DNA of 29,704 nucleotides from Chthoniobacteraceae bacterium (GCA_031409655.1 JANNXQ010000104.1:1-29704), one strand, 5' to 3'. Shown: positions 18,366 to 27,012, counted from the first letter of the stretch. Made by a program: numbers and translations. The notes: a model not told the origin generated them from the sequence alone.

Positions 18366-19114
18366 GCGATCTCCCCGCACTCACGCCCGAGGAACGCGCC
18401 ATCTACGAGTGGCAGATGTGGCTACCCGGCTTCGGTGAAAGCGCGCAGCGCAAACTGAAAGGCGCGAGCGTCCTCATCTCGCGCGTCGGCGGCATCGGCG
18501 GACTCGTCGCGGCTCAGCTCGCCGCCGCCGGCATCGGCAAACTCGTGCTCGCGATGGGCGGCAACGTGCAGGCGCGCGACCTCAACCGCCAGCTCCTGCA
18601 ATCTCACGACCGGATCGGGAAGCCGCGTCTGGACAGCATCCTCAGCCGCCTGCGCGATCTGAACCCGCGCACGGAACTCATCGGCGTCGCTGAAAACATC
18701 TCCGACACAAATGCCCCTGCCCTCGTCGCACAGGCCGACGTCGTCGTCGATGCCGCACCGCTTTTCGAGGAACGCTACGCGCTCAACCGCGCCGCCGTTG
18801 CACTCGGAAGGCCGATGGTCGAGTGCGCGATGTATGCGCTCGAAGCACAGCTCACCACCTTCCTCCCCGGTCGCACCGGCTGTTTCGCCTGCCTGCATCC
18901 CGAGGCTCCGCCGGAGTGGCGGCGCGAATTCCCGGTGCTCGGTGCGGTCTCGGGTGCCGTCGCGTGTCTCGGCGCGGTGGAAGTGGTGAAGCTCCTCACC
19001 GGTCTCGGCACCCCGCTCGCCGGCACGCTGCTCACCATGGATCTCGGCTCGATGCAGTTTCGGCGGCACCGCATCCGGCGGAGGAAAGACTGCCTCGTCT
19101 GCGGCAGCCACTGA
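18362..19114 (+). CDS. HesA/MoeB/ThiF family E1-like adenylating enzyme, HesA-type
   Basis: SRVGGIGG, DLNRQ, two CxxC (CFAC, CLVC), PEWRREFPVLGAVSG; GG replaces the usual DxD as in HesA; no rhodanese domain. Confidence 0.85.
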   Translation: MSDLPALTPEERAIYEWQMWLPGFGESAQRKLKGASVLISRVGGIGGLVAAQLAAAGIGKLVLAMGGNVQARDLNRQLLQSHDRIGKPRLDSILSRLRDLNPRTELIGVAENISDTNAPALVAQADVVVDAAPLFEERYALNRAAVALGRPMVECAMYALEAQLTTFLPGRTGCFACLHPEAPPEWRREFPVLGAVSGAVACLGAVEVVKLLTGLGTPLAGTLLTMDLGSMQFRRHRIRRRKDCLVCGSH

Positions 19115-19152
19115 CGCTCGACTGGTTTCGTGCGGAGCGCAAAACGCCCTCC

Positions 19153-19168
19153 TGGCACGCCGCTGGCT
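19153..19168 (+). promoter_or_regulatory. Candidate sigma54 promoter for the GH16 gene
   Basis: TGGCACG-CCGC-TGGCT versus consensus TGGCACG-N4-TTGCW; GG-N10-GC spacing. Confidence 0.45.
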
Positions 19169-19212
19169 AAAGTCCCTTGCGGCGTGTGCTACATTGCCTG
19201 CGTCGAAGCTTG

Positions 19213-20073
19213 ATGAGGTTTATCCAAACTCTTCTCGACGCCACCGGCCTCACGGCCCTGGCGGTGATAATCGCTTCTTCGGCGGAAGCCGCGCCGCCGC
19301 CGGGCTGGGAGATGGTCTTTCAGGACGAATTCGAAACCGGCTCTCTCGACCCGGAAAAGTGGAGCACGGAGATGGCCTTCGCAGGCACCCATGGGCCCAG
19401 GTATCACAATGAGTTCTACGTCAGCTACACGGTCGATGAGGACGTGATCGTGGGCGACGGGTTGCTCCGCTTGCGCACGGATCGGCGCACGGTGGAGGGG
19501 CGCGAAGGGCCCGGGATTTTCGACTACACGCAGGGGCTTGTCTCCTCGCACGACCGGTTTTCCTTCAAACATGGCTACATCGAGGCGCGGGCGAAATACC
19601 CGGGCGGAAAAGGGCTGTGGCCGTGTTTCTGGCTGATGCCGGAGCACCAGAGCTGGCCACCGGAATTTGACATCGCGGAGTACTACGGCGGGCAGCGGAA
19701 AATGCACCACGGCCTCGCCTACGGGACGATGCACGATCCGCAGTGGGACAGCACGGGGGACACGGAGACGGAGTTTGAAAATGTGTGGCACACCTACGCG
19801 CTCGAGTGGACGCCGGGCCGCGCGGTTTGGTACGTGGACGGGGTGGCGTGCAAAGTGGTGCAGGCCAGCTACGTGCCGGATTGCGCGATGTATGTGCTGC
19901 TGAGCAACAGCGTCAGCGCGTTGCGGGGGCCGTCGGGTTCGCCGGATGCGGCCACAGTGTTCCCGAACTACTTCGAGATCGACTACGTCCGCGTCTATCA
20001 ACCCGGTCCTCCAGCGCCCGTGGAGACGATTCTGGTCAAAGGCGAAGCCGTGCCGGCGGAAGTCGTGCCGTAA
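19213..20073 (+). CDS. Secreted glycoside hydrolase family 16
   Basis: Signal-like N-terminus; WEMVFQDEF, HGYIEARAK, GLWPCFWLM, catalytic EFDIAE (ExDxxE), WHTYALEW, IDYVRVYQ. Confidence 0.9.
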   Translation: MRFIQTLLDATGLTALAVIIASSAEAAPPPGWEMVFQDEFETGSLDPEKWSTEMAFAGTHGPRYHNEFYVSYTVDEDVIVGDGLLRLRTDRRTVEGREGPGIFDYTQGLVSSHDRFSFKHGYIEARAKYPGGKGLWPCFWLMPEHQSWPPEFDIAEYYGGQRKMHHGLAYGTMHDPQWDSTGDTETEFENVWHTYALEWTPGRAVWYVDGVACKVVQASYVPDCAMYVLLSNSVSALRGPSGSPDAATVFPNYFEIDYVRVYQPGPPAPVETILVKGEAVPAEVVP

Positions 20074-20087
20074 GTTGCGGCGGGCGC

Positions 20088-21515
20088 TCAGAGAGGCCGG
20101 CCGATGAGGTCATAGACCTGCGTGCCAGTGATCTCGACGTCGATGAATTCGCCGACCGGCGCTGGGCGGGAAAGCAGGATGCGGCCGTCGATATCGGGCG
20201 CATCGACGGCGCCGCGGGCGACCGTCGGCTTGTCCACCAGCGCGCGGATCGTCCGGCCGATCTGGGCGGCGCCGATCTCGTGGGCGATCTTCTGCTGGAG
20301 CTTCATCGCGCGCTTGTAGCGCTGCTGCTTCACCTTTTGCGTGAGCTGCCCGTCCATCTTCGCAGCGCGGGAGCCTTCCTCCTGCGAGTAGGTGAAGATG
20401 CCGAGCCGCTCGAAGCGGGTGCGCTCGATGAAACTGAGCAGGAACTCAAACTCCTCCTCCGTCTCGCCAGGAAAGCCGACGATGAAAGTGGTGCGGATGG
20501 CGATGCCGGGGACGCCGGCCCGGATGCGGGCGACGAGCGTCTCAATGTGCTCGCTGCTGGTCTCGCGACGCATGAGTTCGAGCATCCGTGGATGGATGTG
20601 CTGGAGCGGCATGTCGATGTAGCGCGCGACTTTTTTGCACGCGGCGAGGCAGGCGATGAGTTCGTCGCTCCAATGCGCGGGATGCGTGTAGAGCAGGCGG
20701 ATCCAGAACTCGCCCTCGATCTTCTCCAGCTCCCGGAGGAGATGCACCAGCGTGACGCCACGCTCGGGATCGACCTTCTGCCGCGGCCCCGCTTTCTCCG
20801 CCCACAGATCCATGCCGTAGTAGGTGGTGTCCTGGCTGATCAAGTTGATCTCCTTCACGCCTTCCGCGACGAGGCTGCGCACTTCGGCGACGACACTCTC
20901 GATCGTCCGCGAGCGGTGCTTTCCGCGCATCTGCGGAATGACGCAGAAGCTGCACGGGTGATTGCAGCCCTCGGCGATCTTCGTAAAGGCCGTGTGCGGG
21001 GGCGTGAGGCGGAAGCGCGGAGTGTCCCAATCGGGGATATAGACGGGCTTGCGCGAGACGAGGTTGAGCGGCTCCCATTTCTCGTCACCGAGGGTCGCTG
21101 GCAGATTGGTGGGCGTAGATTGGCCCGGCGAACGTGCCAGCACTTGCTCGATGATCGCAGCGGTTTCGGCCACTTGATCGAGGCCGATGAAGGCGTCCAC
21201 CTCGGGCAGTTCGCTGGCGAGATTTTTGGAAAAGCGCTGCGCCATGCAGCCGCTGACGATCAGCTTTTGGCCAGCGCGCTTCTTCAATCCGCGACCTTTG
21301 TGCGCTTCGAGGATGGCTTCGATGGACTCTTCCTTCGCCGAATCGATGAAGGCGCAGGTGTTCACGATGAGCACGTCGGCCTCGTCCGCGTCGCTGGTGA
21401 TCTCCATGCCGCGCGCGAGCACGCCACCGAGCATGATCTCCGCGTCCACGAGGTTCTTCGCGCAGCCGAGCGAGATCATGCCGATCTTTTTGGGAGGAGG
21501 AGGAGTCGTGGGCAT
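20088..21515 (-). CDS. rimO: Ribosomal protein S12 methylthiotransferase RimO
   Basis: ISLGCAKNLVDAE, VNTCAFIDSAKEES, CNHPCSFC, FIVGFPGET, DAPDIDG in the TRAM domain. Confidence 0.95.
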   Translation of the reverse strand: MPTTPPPPKKIGMISLGCAKNLVDAEIMLGGVLARGMEITSDADEADVLIVNTCAFIDSAKEESIEAILEAHKGRGLKKRAGQKLIVSGCMAQRFSKNLASELPEVDAFIGLDQVAETAAIIEQVLARSPGQSTPTNLPATLGDEKWEPLNLVSRKPVYIPDWDTPRFRLTPPHTAFTKIAEGCNHPCSFCVIPQMRGKHRSRTIESVVAEVRSLVAEGVKEINLISQDTTYYGMDLWAEKAGPRQKVDPERGVTLVHLLRELEKIEGEFWIRLLYTHPAHWSDELIACLAACKKVARYIDMPLQHIHPRMLELMRRETSSEHIETLVARIRAGVPGIAIRTTFIVGFPGETEEEFEFLLSFIERTRFERLGIFTYSQEEGSRAAKMDGQLTQKVKQQRYKRAMKLQQKIAHEIGAAQIGRTIRALVDKPTVARGAVDAPDIDGRILLSRPAPVGEFIDVEITGTQVYDLIGRPL

Positions 21516-21786
21516 GGCGGCGGAGTGGGGCGTGACTTGAGCCTCGAATGCGGGTCGCGTCCAGAACGGAACGGCACCGTCCTCCCCGGCGGATCAGACC
21601 CCGCACAGCACCGGAATGGCCTCGTTCACCCTCGAACCCAAAACTACCGTCCCGCCTGTGTTTCTCTCGTATGTGAGAACTACAGAGGAAAACGCCATCT
21701 TCGGGGCTTTTATTTTTGCAAAAATTGTTCTTTGCAAACTCTCAAAACTGAATATCTCTCAATTCCGCGACAACCAACCCTATCCT

Positions 21787-23184
21787 ATGGCCCGAATCCT
21801 AATCATCGACGACGACCCTCAAATGGTGGCAGTGATCTCCGAAATCTGCAAAGAACGGGGGCACCAAACCATCGCCTACAACTCCGGCCAGAAGGCGATC
21901 GAGTGTCTCGCGGCGCAGGCGCCGCAGCTCGTGATTACGGACCTGAAAATGGACAAGGTGGGCGGGCTCGACATCCTCCGCGAATGCCGCGAGTCGCTGC
22001 CGCAGACCCCGGTCATTTTGATCACGGCCTACAAGACCGTGGAGACCGCGCTGGAGGCGATGAAGCTCGGCGCTTACGACTACATCACGAAGCCGTTCAA
22101 AGTGGACGAGCTGCAGCTCACCATTCAGCGCGCCCTCGAGCATTCCGACGACAAGCGCCAGATCCGCAGCCTGCGCCAGGTGGTCAAGCGTGCCTCGAGC
22201 TTCGAGTCCATCATCGGTCTGAGCCCGCGGATGGACGACGTCTATCATCTTCTGAAAAAGGTCGCCGATACGGACTCGACGATCCTGATCCAGGGCGAGA
22301 GCGGCACTGGCAAGGAACTCGTCGCCCGCGCGCTGCATTTCAATTCCACGCGGCAGCATCAGCCCTTTGTTGCGATCAACTGCTCGGCGCTGCCGGAGAA
22401 TCTGCTGGAGTCCGAACTATTCGGCCACAAAAAGGGGTCCTTCACCGGCGCGGTACAGGACAAGATCGGGCTCTTCGAGGAAGCGGAAGGCGGCACCATT
22501 TTCCTCGATGAAGTGAACTCGATGGCGCAGCCGCTGCAGACAAAACTCCTGCGCGTGCTCCAGGAGCGCCAGCTCCGGCGCGTGGGCGAGACGAAGAGTC
22601 TGCCGATCAATGTGCGCGTCCTCGCGGCGACGAATGAATCCTTGCACGCGAAGATCAAGACGGGCGGCTTCCGCGAAGATCTCTACTACCGCCTCGCGGT
22701 CATCCCGATCGAGATGCCGCCGCTCCGCGAGCGCACCGAGGACATCCCCCTTCTGGTCAGTCACTTTCTGCAAAAGAACGCCGCGCAGACCAAGACCGAG
22801 GCGAAAAAAATCGAGCCGAAAGCCGTGGATCTGCTCACGCACTACCGCTGGCCGGGCAATGTGCGGGAACTCGAAAATGCCATCGAGCGGGCCTGCGCGC
22901 TCTGCGAACAAGGCGTGATCCAGCCCCAGGATCTGCCGCCGCACGTCGTCCGGCAGGCGTCTTCGCCCTCGGGGGAATACGAGAGTTCACTGCCGGTCGG
23001 GCAGACTCTGGATGCCTACATCGGCGAGCACGAACGCCGTTACATTGAAGAGACGATCAAATCGACCGGCGGCAGCCGGGAGAAGGCCGCGAAGATTCTG
23101 AAAGTCTCGATGGCGACGCTCTACCGAAAGCTCGACGTGAAAAAGAACGGCGCCGAGCCGAAGGAAAGGAAGAAGGCCAAGTAA
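21787..23184 (+). CDS. Sigma54-dependent response regulator (NtrC family: REC, AAA+, Fis-type HTH), 465 aa
   Basis: ILIIDDD, TDLKM, GESGTGKE, ESELFGHKKGSFTGA, FLDEV, FREDLYYRL, WPGNVRELEN; no adjacent histidine kinase; start ATG 21787. Confidence 0.95.
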   Translation: MARILIIDDDPQMVAVISEICKERGHQTIAYNSGQKAIECLAAQAPQLVITDLKMDKVGGLDILRECRESLPQTPVILITAYKTVETALEAMKLGAYDYITKPFKVDELQLTIQRALEHSDDKRQIRSLRQVVKRASSFESIIGLSPRMDDVYHLLKKVADTDSTILIQGESGTGKELVARALHFNSTRQHQPFVAINCSALPENLLESELFGHKKGSFTGAVQDKIGLFEEAEGGTIFLDEVNSMAQPLQTKLLRVLQERQLRRVGETKSLPINVRVLAATNESLHAKIKTGGFREDLYYRLAVIPIEMPPLRERTEDIPLLVSHFLQKNAAQTKTEAKKIEPKAVDLLTHYRWPGNVRELENAIERACALCEQGVIQPQDLPPHVVRQASSPSGEYESSLPVGQTLDAYIGEHERRYIEETIKSTGGSREKAAKILKVSMATLYRKLDVKKNGAEPKERKKAK

Positions 23185-23192
23185 GCGCTCCC

Positions 23193-23891
23193 ATGCGGCG
23201 CGTTCTCTTCGTCCAAAACGGCGACCAGGACGGGCCCGGCCTGCTGGCCGCTGCGCTCCGCGAATGCGGCGTCGAGCTGACGACCGTCCATGCGTGGCGA
23301 GGCGACCCGGTCCCGGAGACGCTGGCGGGCTTCGCCGGGCTCGCGATCGGCGGTGGCGCGATGAGTGCGTATGAGACGGCGGCGCATCCCTATCTCGGCC
23401 AGGAGCTGTCGCTGATCGCGGCTGCGCAGACGGAAAAAAAGCCGGTCCTCGGGATGTGTCTGGGCGCCCAGTTACTAGCCGTGGCGCTTGGCGGGCGGGT
23501 CTTTGCGCATTCATCCCGGGAGATCGGCCTGCAGGAGATCCGCTTTTCCGCGGCTGCCGCGGATGATCCGCTCTGGCGCGGCGACACCGCGCCGCTTCAT
23601 CCGGTCCACTGGCATGGCGATACTTTCACCCTGCCGCCCGGCGCGGAGTTGCTGGCGTCGTCCGCGCTCACGCCCCATCAAATTTTCCGCGCAGCCGGTT
23701 CGCTTTACGGATTTCAGTTCCACCTCGAGATCGATCTGCCGGCCCTCCGCGAGATGGTCACGAGCGACGAGGCTGCGCTAAGAGCCTGCGGCGTGGACCC
23801 GGCGGCCTTCGTCGCCGCGGGCGAAGTGCATTTGCCGGCGATCGAACCCGTGGCCCGCCGCGTCTTCGCGCGCTGGGCGGGCCTGCTCTGA
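23193..23891 (+). CDS. Class I glutamine amidotransferase (GMP synthase-like)
   Basis: GGGAMS, LGMCLGAQ (nucleophile Cys), HWHGDTF, QFHLE. Confidence 0.92.
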   Translation: MRRVLFVQNGDQDGPGLLAAALRECGVELTTVHAWRGDPVPETLAGFAGLAIGGGAMSAYETAAHPYLGQELSLIAAAQTEKKPVLGMCLGAQLLAVALGGRVFAHSSREIGLQEIRFSAAAADDPLWRGDTAPLHPVHWHGDTFTLPPGAELLASSALTPHQIFRAAGSLYGFQFHLEIDLPALREMVTSDEAALRACGVDPAAFVAAGEVHLPAIEPVARRVFARWAGLL

Positions 23892-23893
23892 AC

Positions 23894-23981
23894 CCGGGAG
23901 CGCCACCGTCCCGTGCGGCAATCGTGAACATGCGCAGAGCGCGTTGCTGTGGACTGCCGCACGGGACGGCGGCGCTCCCGG
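23894..23981. repeat. REP-like inverted repeat between convergent genes
   Basis: 27-bp arms 23894-23920 / 23955-23981 with one mismatch; begins GGGAGCGC..CCGTC like the element at 16781. Confidence 0.88.
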
Positions 23982-23985
23982 CGAC

Positions 23986-24210
23986 TTACGTCCGCTTGCC
24001 GAGGAATTTGAGCTGCGCAGCGTCTTGCTGGAGCACGTCGAGCTTTTGCATGGTCGCAGCCTGCTTCTCGATCTGCTCCTTGTTCTTCTGCCGGATGTCC
24101 TGGAGTTGCTGGAGCACGGTCTTCGGGATACCGGGAGCCTGGGAATGTAGCGGGGTGGCTGGACCGAGGACCAGGACCGCAGTGAGGAGCGAAAAGGTCA
24201 GTGTTTTCAT
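23986..24210 (-). CDS. Small secreted coiled-coil protein (74 aa)
   Basis: Signal peptide MKTLTFSLLTAVLVLGPATPLHS; heptad-like Gln/Lys-rich helix; 3 bp downstream of a similar gene. Confidence 0.75.
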   Translation of the reverse strand: MKTLTFSLLTAVLVLGPATPLHSQAPGIPKTVLQQLQDIRQKNKEQIEKQAATMQKLDVLQQDAAQLKFLGKRT

Positions 24211-24213
24211 GGC

Positions 24214-24465
24214 TTACTTGGCTTTGCCGCCGCCGCGTCCGACGTAGATTTTGGCAATGCGGATGTCTTCGGCGATGGCGGCGATCTTCTCGTCAATTTT
24301 TGCCTGGTTCTCCGCGATGATCGCTTGCTGCGCGGTGATTTCAGTGAGCACGGCGGCGAGCGCGGCCTCGTCGTCAGCGGCCTGGCCGTTTGAGCGGTCA
24401 GGCACGAACAAGACCAGCAGCGCCGCGGCGCTGAGGAGGGTTGCGATGAGGGACTTCTTTTTCAT
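24214..24465 (-). CDS. Small secreted coiled-coil protein (83 aa)
   Basis: MKKKSLIATLLSAAALLVLFV signal peptide; heptad helix LTEITAQQAIIAENQAKIDEKIAAIAEDIRIAK. Confidence 0.78.
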   Translation of the reverse strand: MKKKSLIATLLSAAALLVLFVPDRSNGQAADDEAALAAVLTEITAQQAIIAENQAKIDEKIAAIAEDIRIAKIYVGRGGGKAK

Positions 24466-24523
24466 GGTTTCAAACGGTAGCGGAATCAATGCCGTGGCAC
24501 TTTGTTAAAATAAAGCGGAGCCG

Positions 24524-24539
24524 TGGCAGGAATGCTGCT
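24524..24539 (+). promoter_or_regulatory. Candidate sigma54 site upstream of rpoN
   Basis: TGGCAGG-AATG-CTGCT, GG-N10-GC spacing, ending 41 bp before the ATG. Confidence 0.5.
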
Positions 24540-24580
24540 TGCGTGCGGAGGCGCATTCTCTAACCTATCCCACATCAACC

Positions 24581-25981
24581 ATGGCCGGCCTATCCCAATC
24601 CCAACACCTCTCGCAGTCTCAAGTCCTCGCTCCGCAGCTCCAGCAGAGCCTGCAAATTTTGCAGGTGCCGATGCTCGAGCTCCGCAATTTGATCCAGCAA
24701 GAGCTGGAATCGAACCCAACGCTCGAGATGGAGGAGATCGAACCGACGATCGAGGACAAGAAAGCCGAGCAGGAGGAATTTCAGGAGGAATTCGACCGCC
24801 TCGCCAAGCTCGATGAAGAATGGCGCGACTACATGTCGCAATCGCAGAGCTACAATGGACGCTCCGCGGAGGAAGAAGAGCGCCGGCAGTTTTTCTTTGA
24901 TTCGCTGGTCAAGGAGGAGACCCTCCAGCAGCACCTGCTCGATCAGGTGGCGAGCAGCGACATGAGCGATGAAGATCGCCGCCTCGCCGAAGTCATCGTG
25001 GGCAATGTGGACGACCACGGTTTCCTCCAGGCTGCACCCGAAGAGATCGCGGCCAGTTCCGGGATGGATCAGGAAGATCTCCAGCGCGTGCTCGAGTTTG
25101 TGCAGACGCTCCATCCGGTGGGCGTCGCCGCGCGGGATCTGCGCGAGTGCCTGCTTATCCAGCTCAAGCGCCTCGGCAAAGAGCAGAGCCTCGAATATCG
25201 CATCGTCGATCGTTTCATCGACGACCTCGGCAAGCGTCGCTTCCCCGAGATCGCCCGCCGCTGTGGGACGACCGCGGAGCAAGTGCAGCGCGCCGCAAAT
25301 TTCATCGCCACGCTCGACCCGAAGCCCGGCCAGATTTTCACCGCCGATCCGAACAACTACGTGCTGCCCGACGTGACCGTCGAACGGGTGTCGGGCGATT
25401 GGATGATTTCGCTCAATGGTGAACAAATCCCACACCTCCGGATCAGCAACACGTACAAGGATCTGATGTCGCAGGAGAAAAATGGGGCCGATGTCCGCGA
25501 CTACATCCGGGACAAAATCCGCAGCGGCAAATTTCTCATCAAATCCATCCACCAGCGCCAGCAGACGATCTCGAACATTGCGCACCAGATCGTGAACCGG
25601 CAGCTCGAATTCCTCGAATCAGGCCCGAGCGGACTGAAGCCGATGACGATGGTGCAGATCGCCGACTCCGTGGGCGTCCACGAGACGACGGTCAGCCGCG
25701 CGATCTCCGGCAAGTACATGTCCACGCCGCACGGGGTCTTTGACATGAAGTATTTCTTCACCCCTGGCTACCAGACCGCGAGCGGCGACTCGATGAGCAA
25801 TACGAGCGTCAAGGGCGCGATCGCCGAGTTGGTGAAAGGCGAGAACACGAAGAGTCCGCTGAGCGACAAGGAAATCGTGGAACTGCTCGAGAAGCGCGGG
25901 ATCCCGATCGCGCGCCGCACCGTGGCGAAGTATCGTAACGAGCTGAACATCCTCCCGAGCAACATGCGGAAGCGCTACTGA
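24581..25981 (+). CDS. rpoN: RNA polymerase sigma-54 factor, 466 aa
   Basis: LAPQLQQSLQILQ (region I), GVAARDLRECL, VHETTVSRA, RpoN box ARRTVAKYR. Confidence 0.98.
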   Translation: MAGLSQSQHLSQSQVLAPQLQQSLQILQVPMLELRNLIQQELESNPTLEMEEIEPTIEDKKAEQEEFQEEFDRLAKLDEEWRDYMSQSQSYNGRSAEEEERRQFFFDSLVKEETLQQHLLDQVASSDMSDEDRRLAEVIVGNVDDHGFLQAAPEEIAASSGMDQEDLQRVLEFVQTLHPVGVAARDLRECLLIQLKRLGKEQSLEYRIVDRFIDDLGKRRFPEIARRCGTTAEQVQRAANFIATLDPKPGQIFTADPNNYVLPDVTVERVSGDWMISLNGEQIPHLRISNTYKDLMSQEKNGADVRDYIRDKIRSGKFLIKSIHQRQQTISNIAHQIVNRQLEFLESGPSGLKPMTMVQIADSVGVHETTVSRAISGKYMSTPHGVFDMKYFFTPGYQTASGDSMSNTSVKGAIAELVKGENTKSPLSDKEIVELLEKRGIPIARRTVAKYRNELNILPSNMRKRY

Positions 25982-26011
25982 GCGGAGCGAGTCGGCACCC
26001 GCCGAACACCC

Positions 26012-26040
26012 TTGCCGCCCTGCGGAGCGATTTCTAGCTT
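26012..26040 (+). promoter_or_regulatory. Candidate sigma70 promoter giving a leaderless mRNA
   Basis: TTGCCG-N17-TAGCTT; the ATG at 26047 lies 7 nt after the -10 box. Confidence 0.4.
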
Positions 26041-26046
26041 CCGCGG

Positions 26047-26964
26047 ATGATCGTCGTCGTCCAGAGCATCGGCCAGATCGGGAACCGGCTCGAACAGTTC
26101 TCGCACCTGATCGCCTTTGCGCGCGATCACGGGGTGCAGATCGCGAACCCAGCATTTGCGCTCTACTCGGAGTTCTTCGAGCACACCCAGCACGATCTTT
26201 TCTGCCGCTATCCGTCGAAAAGCGCGTCGTGGGTGACGTCGGGGATGCAGCGGGTGGGCTACTTCTTCTTCCGGACCCTCGCCGGGCTGCGGCTCCTGTC
26301 GCTGCTCCCGCGTTGCGAGTGGATCGATCAGCACTGGACCTCGTGCGAGTACAACCTCGGCAATCCGCAATTCCTCAAGATCGTCCGCAACCGGAAACAC
26401 GTCTTCCTCACCGGCACCTGGGAGCACGGCTACTGGCAAAATTACGAGGCGCACCTCGACGCCATCCGCGCGCACTTCCGGCTAGTGCCCGCGTTGCGGG
26501 AAAAGATCGCGCGGCATTTTGCCCCGATCCGGGAGGCCGGTGAAATCGTCGTCGGCATGCATATTCGGCAGGGCGACAATTCGACAGATGCCGTCCGGAC
26601 GGACTGCTTCTCCTCCGCAGACTACCTCCGCGTGATGCGGAAAATTCTCGCGCTCTTCCCGAGCCGCCGCGTCGTCTTCCTCATCTGCTCGAATGAACGG
26701 CAGGACGACGCGCTCTTCGCCGGGATGACGATCTTCCGCGGACCGGGCGCCTTCATCGAAGACATGTACATCCTCGCGGAGTGCGACTACATCGTGGGGG
26801 CCGGGCAGAGTTCCTTTTCCGGCTGGGCGTCGCTCATGGGACAGAAGCCGCGCTACGGCCTGCTGGAGCCCGACCGCGAAATCACGCTCCGCGATTTCGT
26901 CGTCTGCAAAGGGCTCAACGACCGGCGACCGACGGCGGCGGCTCCCGGGCCGGATCAAAAATGA
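26047..26964 (+). CDS. Glycosyltransferase family 11-like (alpha-1,2-fucosyltransferase-like)
   Basis: GQIGNRLEQ (GxLGNQ-like), VGMHIRQGD (HxRxGD), DMYILAECDYIVG...SSFSGWA. Confidence 0.8.
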   Translation: MIVVVQSIGQIGNRLEQFSHLIAFARDHGVQIANPAFALYSEFFEHTQHDLFCRYPSKSASWVTSGMQRVGYFFFRTLAGLRLLSLLPRCEWIDQHWTSCEYNLGNPQFLKIVRNRKHVFLTGTWEHGYWQNYEAHLDAIRAHFRLVPALREKIARHFAPIREAGEIVVGMHIRQGDNSTDAVRTDCFSSADYLRVMRKILALFPSRRVVFLICSNERQDDALFAGMTIFRGPGAFIEDMYILAECDYIVGAGQSSFSGWASLMGQKPRYGLLEPDREITLRDFVVCKGLNDRRPTAAAPGPDQK

Positions 26965-27012
26965 CGGTCATTGTGGCGCGACAATTGCAATGAGCAGGGT
27001 AACTATTCTGCC

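Noticed and set aside
21616..21786. N-terminal extension of the sigma54 activator
   Set aside because: AT-rich regulatory DNA; the receiver domain starts at ATG 21787.
19785..22511. 908-aa plus-strand ORF spanning rimO
   Set aside because: Antisense to rimO and out of frame with the GH16 and activator genes; a high-GC artefact.
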